This document shows, one piece after another, positions 33,684-45,281 of a DNA stretch of 64,000 nucleotides. The first letter of the stretch is position 1. Each line of letters starts with the position of its first letter. Source of the stretch: Vicinamibacterales bacterium (GTDB taxonomy: Bacteria > Acidobacteriota > Vicinamibacteria > Vicinamibacterales > UBA2999); assembly GCA_035575715.1 (NCBI GenBank), contig DATLXN010000029.1, positions 14,079-78,078 on the forward strand. The letters run 5' to 3'. A model generated the notes under the pieces. The model was not told the DNA's origin. It saw only the letters and a program-made list of their open reading frames with translations, and did no database searches. The translations under genes were made by a program, and so were the position numbers.

Positions 33684-34718
33684 ATGCAGACGCAAACCTC
33701 GCCGGCGAAGACGGTGGATCGCAAGACGATGGAATCGGATCTCTCGCTGGAGTTCCTGCGAGTCGTGGAGCAGGCCGCCGTGGCCTGCGCCCATACCATG
33801 GGGCAAGGCGACCGGCATCTCTCCGACCAGGCCGCGGTCGAGGCGATGCGCAAAGAACTCGACACCGTCCCGATCGATGGGACCATCGTCATCGGCGAGG
33901 GCGAGCGTGATGAAGCGCCGATGCTCTACATCGGCGAAAAAGTCGGCATGGCGCAGAAGCCGAACGGCACCATGCGGCAGTTCGACGAAGTCGACATCGC
34001 GGTCGATCCGCTGGAAGGCACCAATCTGTGCGCGACCGGCGAACCGAATGCGATTGCCGTCCTGGCGACGTCGGAGCGTGGCGGTTTGCTGCACGCCCCC
34101 GACGTCTACATGGAGAAGCTGGTGGTCGGACCCAGCTCCAAGCACGTGGTCGATCTCGATGCGCCGGTGCGCGAGAACCTTCGCGCCATCGCACGCAGTC
34201 TCGGCCGCCAGATCGACGAGCTCACCATCGTCGTCCTCGATCGCCCGCGCCACGAACAGCTGATCGCGGATATCCGCGCCACTGGCGCGCGCATTCGCCT
34301 GATCGGAGACGGCGATCTGTCCGCTGGTATTGCCGCGGCCGTCGCCGGCAGTGGCGTGCACGCGGTGATGGGGACCGGGGGCGCACCGGAAGGGGTGCTC
34401 TGCGCGGCGGCGATGCGCTGCTTGAACGGCGAAATCTTTGCGCGCCTGGTCGTGTCCAAGCCGGAACACGAAGAGCGCTGCCGCGCGATGGGGATCACCG
34501 ACACCAAGCGCGTACTCAAATCGGCCGACCTCGCGTCGGGTCGCGACATCATTTTTGCGGCGGCCGGTGTCACCGACGGCACGCTGATGAAAGGCATCCG
34601 GTTCTTCGGCGAAGGCACCAGGACCAGCTCGATCATCATGCAGACCAATCCGCATCGCATTCGCTTCATCGACAGCATCCAGGTCTACCCGGGTCCGGCG
34701 GTTAAGATTCGTTTCTGA
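33684..34718 (+). CDS. glpX: class II fructose-1,6-bisphosphatase
   Basis: [35 protein letters not shown] and DPLEGTNL. Confidence 0.92.
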   Translation: MQTQTSPAKTVDRKTMESDLSLEFLRVVEQAAVACAHTMGQGDRHLSDQAAVEAMRKELDTVPIDGTIVIGEGERDEAPMLYIGEKVGMAQKPNGTMRQFDEVDIAVDPLEGTNLCATGEPNAIAVLATSERGGLLHAPDVYMEKLVVGPSSKHVVDLDAPVRENLRAIARSLGRQIDELTIVVLDRPRHEQLIADIRATGARIRLIGDGDLSAGIAAAVAGSGVHAVMGTGGAPEGVLCAAAMRCLNGEIFARLVVSKPEHEERCRAMGITDTKRVLKSADLASGRDIIFAAAGVTDGTLMKGIRFFGEGTRTSSIIMQTNPHRIRFIDSIQVYPGPAVKIRF

Positions 34719-34720
34719 AG

Positions 34721-35950
34721 TTGCTGTCGGACACGCAGAGTCGGCGTAACGTTGTCGTTTCGGCGGCGACCGGGTTCCTCGGCTTCGCCGGCTTCACCGT
34801 CGTGATGCCGTTCCTCCCGCTCTACATCAGCGAGCTTGGCGTCAAGGACGTCGGTGAGATCGCGCTGTGGAGCGGTCTGACCCTCGGCGCGACGCCAGCC
34901 ATCACCGCAATCAGCGCGCCGCTGTGGGGGCGGGTCGGCGATCGCTACGGCAGCAAACTGCTGGTCATCCGCTCGCTCGGCGCCTTCGTCCTGACCAAGG
35001 GCGCGATGGCGTTCGTCACCGCGCCGTGGCAGCTGGTCGCCCTGCGCGGGCTGTTGGGCGTCTTTGCCGGGTACGGCGCGTTGACGATGTCGATGGCGGC
35101 CGAATCGGTGCCGCGTGACGAGATGCCGCGGGCCATCGGCTTGGTGCAGATGGGGCAGCGCCTGGGGCCTGCGCTCGGCCCGATCGTCGGCGGCCTGCTG
35201 GCGCCGGTCGTCGGCTTGCGTCGCGCGTTTCTGGTCACCGCGGCGTTCTACCTGGCGGCGCTGCTGATGGTCTCCATCTTTTACAAGGAGCCGCGCGAAC
35301 GGCACACGCGCGAAGCGTCGCGCAGCCTGTCGTCGGTCTTTCGACAGTTGATTGCGACGCCCGGCTTCCTGCTGGTGCTGTCGGTGATCTTCACGCTCCA
35401 GACCGTCGATCGCAGCTTCAGTCCGATTCTTCCGTTATTCGTCGAACAACTCGGCGTCGCAAGCGATCGCGTCGCGACGATTTCGGGGGTGTTGTTCTCG
35501 ATGGTTGCCGTCTGCGCCGCGGTCGGCCACAAGGCTGCGGCGTGGTTCATGGCGCGGTGGTCCCCGCGCGCGTTGATCACCGCCGTGGCCGTGACGACCG
35601 CGTCGGCGTTAGTGGCCATCGTCTGGCTGCCCTCCATGGCGACGCTGACCATTGCGCTGATCGTGGCAAGTCTCGGGATCGGCATTGCGATGACCGCCGC
35701 CTACAGCGTCGCCGGTGCGTTGCTGCCGGCCGATGCGCATGTGACGGGCTTCGGGATCATGACCACGGCGTCGCTGATCGGCCTGGCCTTCAGCCCGGTG
35801 CTGGCCGGCCTGGTCGGTTCGTCGGGGTTGCGTGTGGTGTTTGTCGTCGATGTGTTGCTGTTGATCGGCGTGGCGGTCGCCGTCGCGACGCGGATGACTA
35901 GAAGGCGCGAAACATCGCCACTGCTACCAACGTCGGAACCAGCGCGCTGA
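34721..35950 (+). CDS. MFS transporter
   Basis: 12 TM segments. GRVGDRYGSKLL-type motif A (WGRVGDRYG). TTG start. Confidence 0.85.
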   Translation: MLSDTQSRRNVVVSAATGFLGFAGFTVVMPFLPLYISELGVKDVGEIALWSGLTLGATPAITAISAPLWGRVGDRYGSKLLVIRSLGAFVLTKGAMAFVTAPWQLVALRGLLGVFAGYGALTMSMAAESVPRDEMPRAIGLVQMGQRLGPALGPIVGGLLAPVVGLRRAFLVTAAFYLAALLMVSIFYKEPRERHTREASRSLSSVFRQLIATPGFLLVLSVIFTLQTVDRSFSPILPLFVEQLGVASDRVATISGVLFSMVAVCAAVGHKAAAWFMARWSPRALITAVAVTTASALVAIVWLPSMATLTIALIVASLGIGIAMTAAYSVAGALLPADAHVTGFGIMTTASLIGLAFSPVLAGLVGSSGLRVVFVVDVLLLIGVAVAVATRMTRRRETSPLLPTSEPAR

Positions 35951-37319
35951 GAAACAGGCGCACCGGAGATACGCTTCCGTCGAAGAAGCGGCTGAGCAGC
36001 GATTGACCGGCGGGATTCGGCGCATTCGCGATCACCGTCAAGCCGCCACCGGTCACGGCGCCTTCCACCACCGCCACCTTCAACGGATCGCTCAAGTCAG
36101 GCACCAGCGTCGCCAGGTAGGTGATCAGGGCGTTATCGTTGAAGGCGGTCAAGCCCGTCGCGGCGAAAAACAACGGCTCCTCGCTCAAGCTGGCGAGGAC
36201 CGGTGCAATCCACCACCCCTGCAACCCGCCGTGGATCACCAGGCCGGCGAGGAAGAAGCCGACCAGTAGCGGGCCTTTGAGCGCGATCTCGCTCTGGTAG
36301 ACGGCCGTCGCTTTCGCCACGCCGAGAAAAATCAGGAAGCCGCCGACAAACAGCGCCGGGTAATGCGCGGTGAAGACCGTCCAGGCCATGAACAAGATGT
36401 GGACCGCAGTGAGCCAGGCCGGCACCGGTAACAGCGCACCGGTACCGGTGCTGAACTCGCCATCGGCGACGTCCGCATCGAGCATGGGCAGGCGCTTTTT
36501 CAGCGTCGTCAATTCCTTCTTGAAGTAGAGGCAGTAAACCAGGTTGGAGACGACGATGGCGGCCGCGGCCCGGAGGCCGAAATGTCCGAGCATGAACGGC
36601 GTATCCCATCCCCACGTGCGCGCCACCATCAGGACCGGCGGCGCCGCGAAATGCGTCAGCGTCCCGCCAATCGAGACGTTCACAAACAGCAGTCCGAGCG
36701 TCGCGTACTTGAGCCGGGGACTCGGTTGCAGGTCATAGAACTGGCGCGCCAGGAGCAACGCACAGATGGTCATCGCAGCCGGTTCGGTAATGAACGACCC
36801 CAGGAGCGGCCCGGCCGTCAGGATGGCCAGCCACCACGCCACCGGCGTGGCGCCGCCAACGACCGCGACACGCCGTAAGGCGGCTTCGGCAAAGAGCACG
36901 ATCGGCCTGGTCGAGGCCAACGCCATGATCACCACGACAAACAGCGGCTCGGTGTAATTGACCACGTCGTTGACGTAGTGCTTCGCGGCCTCCCATCCTT
37001 CGCCCAATGTGGCCGCGATTAAAAGGACAATGGCCCACAGCCCGAAGACAACTTCGATCTCGCCGAGGAAGTGCAGGGACTCGGCCGTCACACTCGGCGA
37101 TGGTGCCCCGCCTGCCGTGCGACGCCTTGCGTCGTGACGCTCCTGGACGCGGTGTGCCCAAGCGACGAAGTACGGCGCCGCGAAGGTGTGGATGATGGCG
37201 AGGGCAAAGATGGTCGTCGCCACCGCATTGAACGGATTGATCGCGACGCGGTCGAGCAGGGTCGCGATCAGGGAGGGCTGAGACGGCGGGTAGGCGTCCA
37301 GCGGTAACGGCAGGTCCAC
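35898..37319 (-). CDS. putative Na+/H+ antiporter-family membrane protein (DUF1504-like)
   Basis: 473-aa polytopic ORF. N-terminus INPFNAVATTIFALAIIHTF resembles that family. Assignment is tentative. Confidence 0.65.
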   Translation of the reverse strand: MDLPLPLDAYPPSQPSLIATLLDRVAINPFNAVATTIFALAIIHTFAAPYFVAWAHRVQERHDARRRTAGGAPSPSVTAESLHFLGEIEVVFGLWAIVLLIAATLGEGWEAAKHYVNDVVNYTEPLFVVVIMALASTRPIVLFAEAALRRVAVVGGATPVAWWLAILTAGPLLGSFITEPAAMTICALLLARQFYDLQPSPRLKYATLGLLFVNVSIGGTLTHFAAPPVLMVARTWGWDTPFMLGHFGLRAAAAIVVSNLVYCLYFKKELTTLKKRLPMLDADVADGEFSTGTGALLPVPAWLTAVHILFMAWTVFTAHYPALFVGGFLIFLGVAKATAVYQSEIALKGPLLVGFFLAGLVIHGGLQGWWIAPVLASLSEEPLFFAATGLTAFNDNALITYLATLVPDLSDPLKVAVVEGAVTGGGLTVIANAPNPAGQSLLSRFFDGSVSPVRLFLSALVPTLVAVAMFRAF

Positions 37320-37393
37320 AGACCAGACAGATTACACAGAATCCGGAGAATCCACCGAACTACCGCATCGCCCCGCGATCACAGGCGCGTCGT

Positions 37394-38722
37394 GTGACCG
37401 GCCGGCGAAGGACGCGTGATAAAATCAAAGCGAACATGCCCGCCGAAGAGCGCGCGGCGCTGGTCGGTCTGGTGACCGGCACCTCGCGCCGCGTCGATGC
37501 CGAACATTCATTGGAAGAGCTGGCCGGTCTTGCCGACGCTGCCGGCGCTCACGTCGTGCTTCGGGTGCTGCAGGAGCGTCCCAAACCAGACTCGGCGACC
37601 TTTCTCGGATCCGGCAAGGTCGAACTGCTTGGCCGCGCGATCGCCGAAGCGGATGTCGACATCGTCATCTTTGACAACGAGTTGTCCCCGGCACAACTGC
37701 GCGAGTTACAGAAGCGACTCGAGATCAACGTCGTCGATCGGACACAACTGATTCTGGACATCTTTGCGCGGCGCGCCCGCACGCGCGAAGGCAAGCTGCA
37801 AGTTGAGCTCGCGCAGTTGAAATACCTGTTGCCGAGACTGGTCGGTTCCAGTCTCGCATTGTCGCGACTGGGCGGCGGCATCGGCACCCGCGGTCCCGGC
37901 GAGACCAAGCTCGAAGCGGACCGGCGACGCATCCGCACCCGGATTCATGCGCTTGCAGAAGACATTGATGTGGTGCGGCGTCGGCGCGGGCAACTGCGCG
38001 ACCGCCGTCAGAAGACGGCGGTCCCGACGGTGGCACTGGTCGGCTACACCAACGCCGGCAAGACGACGCTGTTTAATCGGCTGACCAAGTCTGACGCCCT
38101 GGCCTCCGACGCGTTGTTCGTGACGTTGGACCCGCTGGTCCGGCGCGTTCACCTGCCGGATAAGCGCGAACTCCTGCTGTCGGACACCGTCGGATTTGTC
38201 GATCGATTACCGCACGCACTGGTCGCGGCGTTTCGCGCCACACTCGAAGAGACGGCCGAAGCGGACCTTGTCTTACACGTCATCGACGCCTCGTCGCCCG
38301 AGAGAGAACGGCAGATGGCAGCCGTGACCCGCGTGCTGGAAGAAGTCGGCGCGACCGAAGTAGCGCGCGTCGACGTGTTCAACAAGATTGACCGGCTGTC
38401 GACCGACGAGAAGCGCCGGCTGCGCGAAGCCGACCCGTCAGCGGTGTTGATCTCGGCCGCCACCGGCGCTGGCTGTGGCGACCTGATTGAGATGATTGCT
38501 GCCAAGGTCGCTCTTGATCAGCAGAAGGTCACACTCGAGTTCGATTTGTCGTCCGACCAGGACAAAGAACGACTGTCGTGGCTCTATCGCCACGGCCAGG
38601 TGCACAGCCAGGTGATGCGTGGTGACCACGCCGTGCTCGAGGCCGAAGTCCCTCGTCGTCTCCTCGATCGCGTTCAACCGATTAGCGCGACCAAGAAAAG
38701 GTCCAGAGGCAAACGTGCGTAG
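37394..38722 (+). CDS. hflX: GTPase HflX
   Basis: LVGYTNAGKTTLFNRLT (G1), DTVGF (G3) and NKID (G4), plus the HflX N-domain. Confidence 0.9.
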   Translation: MTGRRRTRDKIKANMPAEERAALVGLVTGTSRRVDAEHSLEELAGLADAAGAHVVLRVLQERPKPDSATFLGSGKVELLGRAIAEADVDIVIFDNELSPAQLRELQKRLEINVVDRTQLILDIFARRARTREGKLQVELAQLKYLLPRLVGSSLALSRLGGGIGTRGPGETKLEADRRRIRTRIHALAEDIDVVRRRRGQLRDRRQKTAVPTVALVGYTNAGKTTLFNRLTKSDALASDALFVTLDPLVRRVHLPDKRELLLSDTVGFVDRLPHALVAAFRATLEETAEADLVLHVIDASSPERERQMAAVTRVLEEVGATEVARVDVFNKIDRLSTDEKRRLREADPSAVLISAATGAGCGDLIEMIAAKVALDQQKVTLEFDLSSDQDKERLSWLYRHGQVHSQVMRGDHAVLEAEVPRRLLDRVQPISATKKRSRGKRA

Positions 38723-40055
38723 GCTGCTGACGGTCATGCTGCTGACGATGGTGATCGCGTCGTGTGCGGCACGCACCGTCCCCCCGCCGGTCGTGATGGC
38801 GCCGCGGCATCCGGACTTCATGTTTCCCATGGTGCCGCAAGGCGCCTCACCGGTGCAGGCCGCGCGTATCGATCGCGCGTGGGAGTACCTCCAAGCGGAC
38901 AACTTCCGCGCCGCCGAGCGCGAACTGCAGGCGGCGATCAAACAGCAGCCGGACTTTCATCCGGCCGAGGCCGTGTTCGGCTATCTCGAGCTCGCCCGTA
39001 AGGATGCCAAGGATGCGGTCGCCCGCTTTGATCGGGCACTGCAGGCTGAGCCCAGCTACGTGTCAGCACTGGTCGGGCGCGGCCGCGCGTTGCTCGAACT
39101 GGGACGCGACGGCGAAGCGCTGGGCAGTTTCGAAACCGCTTTGAAAACCGACCCGTCGCTGACCGATTTGACGGGACGGATCGAGGTGCTGCGCTTTCGC
39201 GCCGTGCAGGACAACCTGGCGCGGGCCAAAGCGGCGAGTGACGCCGGGCGCTGGGCGGACGCGCGGATGGCCTACGCGCAGGCAATTGTCGCCTCGCCCG
39301 AATCTGCGTTTCTCTACCGGGAACTCGCGCTCGTCGAACAGAAGGCCAATGAGCCGACGCTGGCGCTGGAGAATTTTCGCAAGGCCGTGTCACTTGACGG
39401 GTCTGACTCGCGCTCGATCGCGCAGATCGGCGCCCTTCTCGAAGCGCAAGGTGACGTGACCGGCGCGCTTGACGCCTACGAGAAGGCGCGAGCGATCGAC
39501 CCCGGTGAAGTCGCCGCCGAGCGACTGGTGAAACTACGTGACGCAGTCGCGCTCGCGAAACTGCCCGAAGAATATCGCGTCATCCCTGCGCTGACCGTCG
39601 TCACGCGCGGCGAAGTCGCGTCGCTCCTGGGCGTGCGTCTGGCGCCGCTCCTGGCCAGGACCCGTCCGCGGCAGGTCGTCGTGACTGACGGTCGCGGGCA
39701 TTGGGCGCAACAGTGGATTCAGGCGGTGGTCCGCGCCGGTGTGATGGACACCCAGCCCAACTACACGTTTCAGCCGAACGGCCGCGTCCGCCGCGGGGAC
39801 ATGGCCCAGACCGTTGCCCGCGTGTTGAACCTGATTGCGGCGAACCGGCCGGCGGCGGCGAAGGCGTGGCAAGGCACCAAGCCGAAGATCGCCGACGTCT
39901 CGCCGGGTCATCTTAGTTATCCCGCGGTCTCGCAAGCGGTCGCCTCAGGTGTCATGCCGCTGACCGAGACCGGCGGGTTTCAACTGCTTCGGCCGGTGAC
40001 CGGCAACGAAGTGATCGACATCGTCAGCCGCCTCGAAGCACTCGCCAAGCCGTGA
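38715..40055 (+). CDS. lipoprotein with TPR repeats and two C-terminal SLH-like domains
   Basis: GTG at 38715 overlaps the hflX stop by 8 nt. Lipobox LTMVIASC. TPR units. GHWAQQWIQAVVRAGVM...FQPNGRVRRGDMAQTVARVL is SLH-like. Confidence 0.8.
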   Translation: MRRLLTVMLLTMVIASCAARTVPPPVVMAPRHPDFMFPMVPQGASPVQAARIDRAWEYLQADNFRAAERELQAAIKQQPDFHPAEAVFGYLELARKDAKDAVARFDRALQAEPSYVSALVGRGRALLELGRDGEALGSFETALKTDPSLTDLTGRIEVLRFRAVQDNLARAKAASDAGRWADARMAYAQAIVASPESAFLYRELALVEQKANEPTLALENFRKAVSLDGSDSRSIAQIGALLEAQGDVTGALDAYEKARAIDPGEVAAERLVKLRDAVALAKLPEEYRVIPALTVVTRGEVASLLGVRLAPLLARTRPRQVVVTDGRGHWAQQWIQAVVRAGVMDTQPNYTFQPNGRVRRGDMAQTVARVLNLIAANRPAAAKAWQGTKPKIADVSPGHLSYPAVSQAVASGVMPLTETGGFQLLRPVTGNEVIDIVSRLEALAKP

Positions 40056-40609
40056 CCGGCCCGATCTTCACGCTCGCCAATCAGCTGACGCTTTTGCGCA
40101 TGTTGCTGATTCCGGCGTTCGTGTTGCTGCTGGTCTACGGGTATTCCGGGTGGGCGTTGATCGTGTTCACGGTCGCGGGTGCGACCGACGCGCTCGATGG
40201 CCTCGCTGCACGCTACAGCAATCAGAGCACCGCCCTTGGTGCGTGGCTCGACCCGATGGCCGACAAGCTCCTCCTGGTCACGACGTTCATCGTGCTCACG
40301 CTGCCGAACATCGGGTTGATCAATCGCATCCCGATCTGGCTGACCGTCACGATCATCAGCCGCGACGTCGGCATCGTCCTCACCGTCGCGATCGTCAGCC
40401 TCGCGCTCGGGCCGCGGACCTTTAAACCGACGATGCTGGGCAAGACCGCCACCGCACTATTCATGGTCACCTGCATCGTGGTGATGTTGTTCAACTACCT
40501 CGGGCACACGTCTTGGGTCGTCGACGCGTTCATCTGGTCGGCACTGGCGGTGACGCTGCTGTCGGGGATTGATTACGTGTTCCGGATTGCGAAGATCTTG
40601 AATGAATAG
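40052..40609 (+). CDS. pgsA: CDP-diacylglycerol--glycerol-3-phosphate 3-phosphatidyltransferase
   Basis: DALDGLAAR...GAWLDPMADKLL, the CDP-alcohol phosphatidyltransferase motif. Confidence 0.88.
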   Translation: MTGPIFTLANQLTLLRMLLIPAFVLLLVYGYSGWALIVFTVAGATDALDGLAARYSNQSTALGAWLDPMADKLLLVTTFIVLTLPNIGLINRIPIWLTVTIISRDVGIVLTVAIVSLALGPRTFKPTMLGKTATALFMVTCIVVMLFNYLGHTSWVVDAFIWSALAVTLLSGIDYVFRIAKILNE

Positions 40610-40627
40610 GACCGCTTCGCGTGGCTA

Positions 40628-41566
40628 TCAGACTTTGGTGCGGAAGTAATCGATTGTGCTGGTCAACCCTTCGCGTAGCGCCACTTTCGGTTCCCAGCCA
40701 AGCAGCGTGCGCGCCCGCGTGATGTCTGGCTTGCGCACCTTCGGGTCGTCCTCGGGTAATGGTCGATACACGATCCGGCTGGACGACCCGGTCATCTCGA
40801 TAATCACCTTCGCGATCTCTGCGATGGACATTTCCGACGGGTTGCCAATGTTCACCGGATCGTTCTCAGCCGACAACATCAGACGGATGATCCCGTCCAC
40901 AAGATCGCTGATGTAACAGAAACTGCGCGTCTGGCTGCCGTCACCGAACACGGTGACGTCTTCGTTGCGCAGCGCCTGCGAGATGAACGCCGGGACCGCG
41001 CGGCCGTCACGGATCCGCATGCGTGGCCCGTAGGTGTTGAAGATGCGAACGATCTTGGTGTCGAGCCCGTGGAAGCGGTGATATGCAACGGTCATCGCTT
41101 CGGCAAAGCGTTTGGCTTCGTCGTAAACGCCGCGCGGGCCGATCGGATTGACATTACCCCAGTAGGTTTCTTTCTGCGGATGCTCGAGCGGGTCGCCGTA
41201 GACCTCGGAGGTCGAGGCGATCACGAACGTGGCGCCTTTGGCTTTGGCCAACCCGAGCGCTTTGTGCGTCCCCAGCGCGCCCACCTTCAGCGTCGGAATC
41301 GGCAGTTCGAGGTAATCGATCGGGCTGGCCGGACTGGCCCAGTGCAGGACGTAATGCACCGGTCCCTCGATATAGATGTAGTTGGTGACGTCGTGCTTGA
41401 TGAACTCGAACTGGCGATTACGCAGGTGCGCGATGTTGGCAATGTCGCCGGTCAGCAGGTTATCGATGCCAATCACCGCGTAGCCGCGATCGAGCAAGGC
41501 TTCCGCCAGATGCGAGCCAATGAACCCGGCGGCGCCGGTAATGACGACGGTTTGTTGGGCGCTCAC
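40628..41566 (-). CDS. UDP-glucuronate decarboxylase (UDP-xylose synthase), SDR family
   Basis: [14 protein letters not shown] and YDEAKR. GTG at 41566 gives a 4-nt GTGA overlap with the upstream stop (the track start 41611 would overlap by 49 nt). Confidence 0.9.
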   Translation of the reverse strand: MSAQQTVVITGAAGFIGSHLAEALLDRGYAVIGIDNLLTGDIANIAHLRNRQFEFIKHDVTNYIYIEGPVHYVLHWASPASPIDYLELPIPTLKVGALGTHKALGLAKAKGATFVIASTSEVYGDPLEHPQKETYWGNVNPIGPRGVYDEAKRFAEAMTVAYHRFHGLDTKIVRIFNTYGPRMRIRDGRAVPAFISQALRNEDVTVFGDGSQTRSFCYISDLVDGIIRLMLSAENDPVNIGNPSEMSIAEIAKVIIEMTGSSSRIVYRPLPEDDPKVRKPDITRARTLLGWEPKVALREGLTSTIDYFRTKV

Positions 41567-43002
41567 GCGGCGTGCCGGTGCGGAAACAGACCCCGAAACA
41601 GCGTCAGCCACATGATCTTCAGGTCCAGCGACACCGACCAGTTTTCGATGTAATACAAGTCGTACTCGATACGTTTCTCCAGCGACGTATTGCCACGCCA
41701 GCCGTTAACCTGTGCCCATCCGGTGATCCCGGCCTTGACCTTGTGACGCAGCATGTACTGCGGAATGCGGTGCTTGAACTGCTCGACGAAGAACGGCCGT
41801 TCCGGCCGTGGTCCGACAATCGACATGTCACCCTTGAGAACGTTCCAGAACTGCGGCCACTCATCGAGATCGCGTTTGCGCAGCCAGTGCCCGATCGCGG
41901 TGGCGCGCGGGTCGTCCTGGTCCGACCACACCGGGCCTTCCTCTTCGGCATCCATCGGCATCGTGCGGAACTTGTAGACGATGAACTGCTTGCCGTCGAG
42001 GCCCATCCGCTCCTGGTGGTAGAACACCGGACCCGGCGAGTCGCGCTTGATCAACCAGGCAATGATGAAGGTCGGAATCGACACCGCGATCAACGCCGCC
42101 AAAGAAATGGCGATATCGAGCGCCCGCTTGACCGCGGCATTGACTCCCTGCAGCGGGACGTCGTTGAGGTTGATGACTGGAACGCCGTCGAGATCCTCGA
42201 GTCGCGCGCGCAGCGCGATGAACTGCAACAGGTCCGGGACGACTTTGACGTCGACGCCTTCACGGCTGGTTGATTCGACCAGATCGAGAAGCTTCATGTG
42301 CTCCTCGAGCGGCAACGCGACGTAGAGATGGTCGACGCGCTCGCTACGGACGATTTCCGCCGCTTCACTCAGGCGGCCGAGCAGCGGCAGGCCGCGATAG
42401 CCCAGATGATCGCCGCCGGCGCGGTCATCGACAAAGCCGATGATCTGGAACCCCAACTCGCGGTGCTCCAGCACCTTGTCCGCGACCAGCCGGCCCAGTT
42501 CGCCAGCGCCCGCGATGAGTATGCGCCGCAGACCAACACCGGCCACCCATCGACGCTCGAGCGCTTCGCGCACGAGTTTGCGCGACAGATAGCCCAGCGC
42601 GATGTTGAAAAACAGGAAAATGCCCCACACCGCGCGCGAGAACTCATAGGCGCCTTGGGCTTTGAGCTCGTCGGTGACGTAGTAGGTGCCGATATACAGC
42701 GTGAGCACGACACCAAACACCACCGCGATGATGCTGCCGACCAGGACGTTGAAGAAGTCGTCGATGCGCGAGCGGCCGCGCCGTAGTCGATACAGCCCTT
42801 GCAGGTGAAACGCCAACGGCACGATCACCGCGATGAAGGGCAGGATGTCGAGATACTGCTCGAACGGCGGTTGACCTTTCGGCGCAGGAATCAACCCGGT
42901 TTCGAAGCGAGAGAAGTAGGCGAGGATGAACGCCACCATGCCCAACAGGGCATCGGTAGCGACGTGAAACGCGACCAGCAACCGGTTGTGGCGCTTTACC
43001 AT
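41563..43002 (-). CDS. polyprenyl-phosphate glycosyl-1-phosphate transferase (WcaJ/EpsB-type priming sugar transferase)
   Basis: [13 protein letters not shown]...[26 protein letters not shown] and [20 protein letters not shown]. Confidence 0.9.
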   Translation of the reverse strand: MVKRHNRLLVAFHVATDALLGMVAFILAYFSRFETGLIPAPKGQPPFEQYLDILPFIAVIVPLAFHLQGLYRLRRGRSRIDDFFNVLVGSIIAVVFGVVLTLYIGTYYVTDELKAQGAYEFSRAVWGIFLFFNIALGYLSRKLVREALERRWVAGVGLRRILIAGAGELGRLVADKVLEHRELGFQIIGFVDDRAGGDHLGYRGLPLLGRLSEAAEIVRSERVDHLYVALPLEEHMKLLDLVESTSREGVDVKVVPDLLQFIALRARLEDLDGVPVINLNDVPLQGVNAAVKRALDIAISLAALIAVSIPTFIIAWLIKRDSPGPVFYHQERMGLDGKQFIVYKFRTMPMDAEEEGPVWSDQDDPRATAIGHWLRKRDLDEWPQFWNVLKGDMSIVGPRPERPFFVEQFKHRIPQYMLRHKVKAGITGWAQVNGWRGNTSLEKRIEYDLYYIENWSVSLDLKIMWLTLFRGLFPHRHAA

Positions 43003-44102
43003 CGATACCCGAGTGGTGCCGCCATGGTGTCCTCGATCACTGCGGCAATCTCATGCGCGAAGCGCTCGCGGCTGAAGCGCTCGGCGTGGGTGCGAATCCG
43101 CGTCGCATCCCAGGTCGTGGCCGCCGCCTGCAGCAAGCCCTCGGCGAGCGCGGCCTCGCCCGGTTCGACCAGGATGCCGGTTTCGTTGTCGAGCACCGTC
43201 TCGCGGGCGCCGCCGCGACCGAGGGCCACCACGGGACGACCGCAGGCCTGCGCCTCGAGTGGGACGATCCCGAAGTCCTCTTCACCAGGAAGAATGGTCG
43301 CGGTCGTCGATCGATAGAGGTCGCGAATCTCTTCGTTGGTCGACCAGCCGAGAAATCGCGCCGTTCCGCCGCTCATCGCTTCCAGCCGTGCGCGCTCCGG
43401 TCCATCGCCGACGATGGTCAGCGGGACGTTGGCGAGGCGGGCGGCGTGAATCGCAAGGTCGACGCGTTTGTAGGGCACTAAAGCGGACACCACCAAAAAA
43501 GAAGGTTGCGCCGGCGCGGGCGACGGCGTGTAGAACGTCGTTTCGACGGGGGGATACACAATGCTCGATCGGCGATTATAGTACAGCGAGATTCTCTTCG
43601 CAACATATTGGGAAATAGCGAGATAGCGGTGTACGCGGCCTTCAGTGGCACGGTCCCAGCGGGCCATCGCCGCCATCACCGGACGCATCAGCTGGCTGGC
43701 GGTCTTGCCGACCCGCTCGGGTCCGAAATAGGCATCGAACTGGTCCCAGGCGTAGCGCATCGGTGTCAGGCAATAGCACAGGTGACGAGTACGCCCCGGC
43801 ACAACGACGGACTTTGCCGCACAGTGACTGGTGCTGAGCACCAGATCGTAGCCGTCGAGGTCGAACTGTTCAATGGCGATCGGGAACAGCGGCAGGTAGT
43901 GCCGGTAGAGACGGCCCGGGAAAGGCAGTTTCTGGATCATCGAGGTGCGGACGCGTCGCTGTTCGATGATCGGGTCGGTCGCGCCCGGCACCTGCACCAA
44001 GGTGAACAGATCGGCGTCGGGAAACATTTCGCAGAACGCCAGTAGCGCGCGCTCGCCGCCGCGCATCCCTGTCAGCCAATCGTGGATCAGGGCGACTTTC
44101 AC
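42996..44102 (-). CDS. glycosyltransferase family 4
   Basis: GT-B fold. C-terminal EDFGIVPLEAQACGRPVV (E-x7-E region). Confidence 0.85.
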   Translation of the reverse strand: MKVALIHDWLTGMRGGERALLAFCEMFPDADLFTLVQVPGATDPIIEQRRVRTSMIQKLPFPGRLYRHYLPLFPIAIEQFDLDGYDLVLSTSHCAAKSVVVPGRTRHLCYCLTPMRYAWDQFDAYFGPERVGKTASQLMRPVMAAMARWDRATEGRVHRYLAISQYVAKRISLYYNRRSSIVYPPVETTFYTPSPAPAQPSFLVVSALVPYKRVDLAIHAARLANVPLTIVGDGPERARLEAMSGGTARFLGWSTNEEIRDLYRSTTATILPGEEDFGIVPLEAQACGRPVVALGRGGARETVLDNETGILVEPGEAALAEGLLQAAATTWDATRIRTHAERFSRERFAHEIAAVIEDTMAAPLGYRW

Positions 44103-45211
44103 CGCTCGAGCACTTCCATGTAATTACGATGGGTCGCCGCCGCCGAGAGGGTCCACGAAAAGTCGCGCGCGCGGGCCAGGCCGCGGGCGATCAGATCGCG
44201 GCGCAGGCTGTCGTCGGTCACTGCTTTAATCAGGCCGTCAGCAATCGACGAGGGTTCATACGGATCGACGAGCACCGCCGCGCCGCCGGCAATCTCGGGC
44301 AGCGACGACACGTTCGATGTGACCACCGGCGTGCCACACGCCATCGCCTCGAGCGGCGGTAAGCCAAACCCTTCGTATAGCGACGGGAACGCGAACGCGC
44401 GGGCCAGCCGGTAAAACGCCGCCAGCGTCTCGTACGGCTGGAACCCGAGAAAGCGGACGTACTTATCGACCCGATGGCGATGGACCGCCTGCCGCAGCGG
44501 CGGATACTTCGACAGTTCGTCGCCAATGATGACCAGTCGGAGATCGTCGAGCCCGGCCGCGCGTGTCCGCGCGAAGGCATCGATTAACCGCTCGAGATTT
44601 TTATGCGGCTTGATGTTGCCGACATACAGCACGAACGGGTGATCGAGTTGATAGCGCTGCCGGATCAGGTCCATGCGCGGTTCGTCCGGCGGGGCGAGAA
44701 ATCGCTCGTCGATGGCGTTGTAGATGACTTCCACCTTGTCGGCCGGGATGTCGAAGAAGCGCAGGATGTCGCGCTTCGAGGCCTCCGACACGGTGAGAAT
44801 GCGATCGGAGATCCGGGCCGCGCTCCACATCGACGCACGTGCGTAGAGATGCGCGAGCCGGCTTGGCAGGTATTGCGGAAACATCAAATGGATGCAGTCG
44901 TGGATGGTCACGACGCTGCGGCAGCGCGTGAGCGGCGGCAGGACGTAGTGCGGTTCGTGCAGCAGGTGGGCGCGCTCGCGGACCAGGCTGATCGGAATGC
45001 GCACTTGTTCGCCGAGTGAGTACGGCTTGGCGGACTCGGGCACGGCGCGAAAGTTCGGTCCCAGCCCGCCGACCGTGCCGGCATCGTCGGGGCGGCACAA
45101 AATGACGTAGTCGGTGTGCGGATCAAGCAGCGCGAGGCCTCGGAGCGTATTGCGGATATACGTCCCGATGCCAAAATCGTGAAGCTTACGCGCGTCAATC
45201 GCGATCCGCAT
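44099..45211 (-). CDS. glycosyltransferase family 4
   Basis: [10 protein letters not shown]... and [18 protein letters not shown]. Internal ATG at 45211 chosen. Confidence 0.85.
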   Translation of the reverse strand: MRIAIDARKLHDFGIGTYIRNTLRGLALLDPHTDYVILCRPDDAGTVGGLGPNFRAVPESAKPYSLGEQVRIPISLVRERAHLLHEPHYVLPPLTRCRSVVTIHDCIHLMFPQYLPSRLAHLYARASMWSAARISDRILTVSEASKRDILRFFDIPADKVEVIYNAIDERFLAPPDEPRMDLIRQRYQLDHPFVLYVGNIKPHKNLERLIDAFARTRAAGLDDLRLVIIGDELSKYPPLRQAVHRHRVDKYVRFLGFQPYETLAAFYRLARAFAFPSLYEGFGLPPLEAMACGTPVVTSNVSSLPEIAGGAAVLVDPYEPSSIADGLIKAVTDDSLRRDLIARGLARARDFSWTLSAAATHRNYMEVLER

Positions 45212-45281
45212 CGACCACCGAATTAACCACAGATTCCCGGGATTACACAGCACAAACGCGGCATCCCTGTAAGATGCGTCC

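Noticed and set aside
33648-35305. Minus-strand ORFs 33648..34655 (335 aa), 34106..34678 and 34685..35305
   Set aside because: Antisense to the clearly recognisable glpX and MFS genes, with Arg/His/Asp-rich composition. Shadow ORFs.
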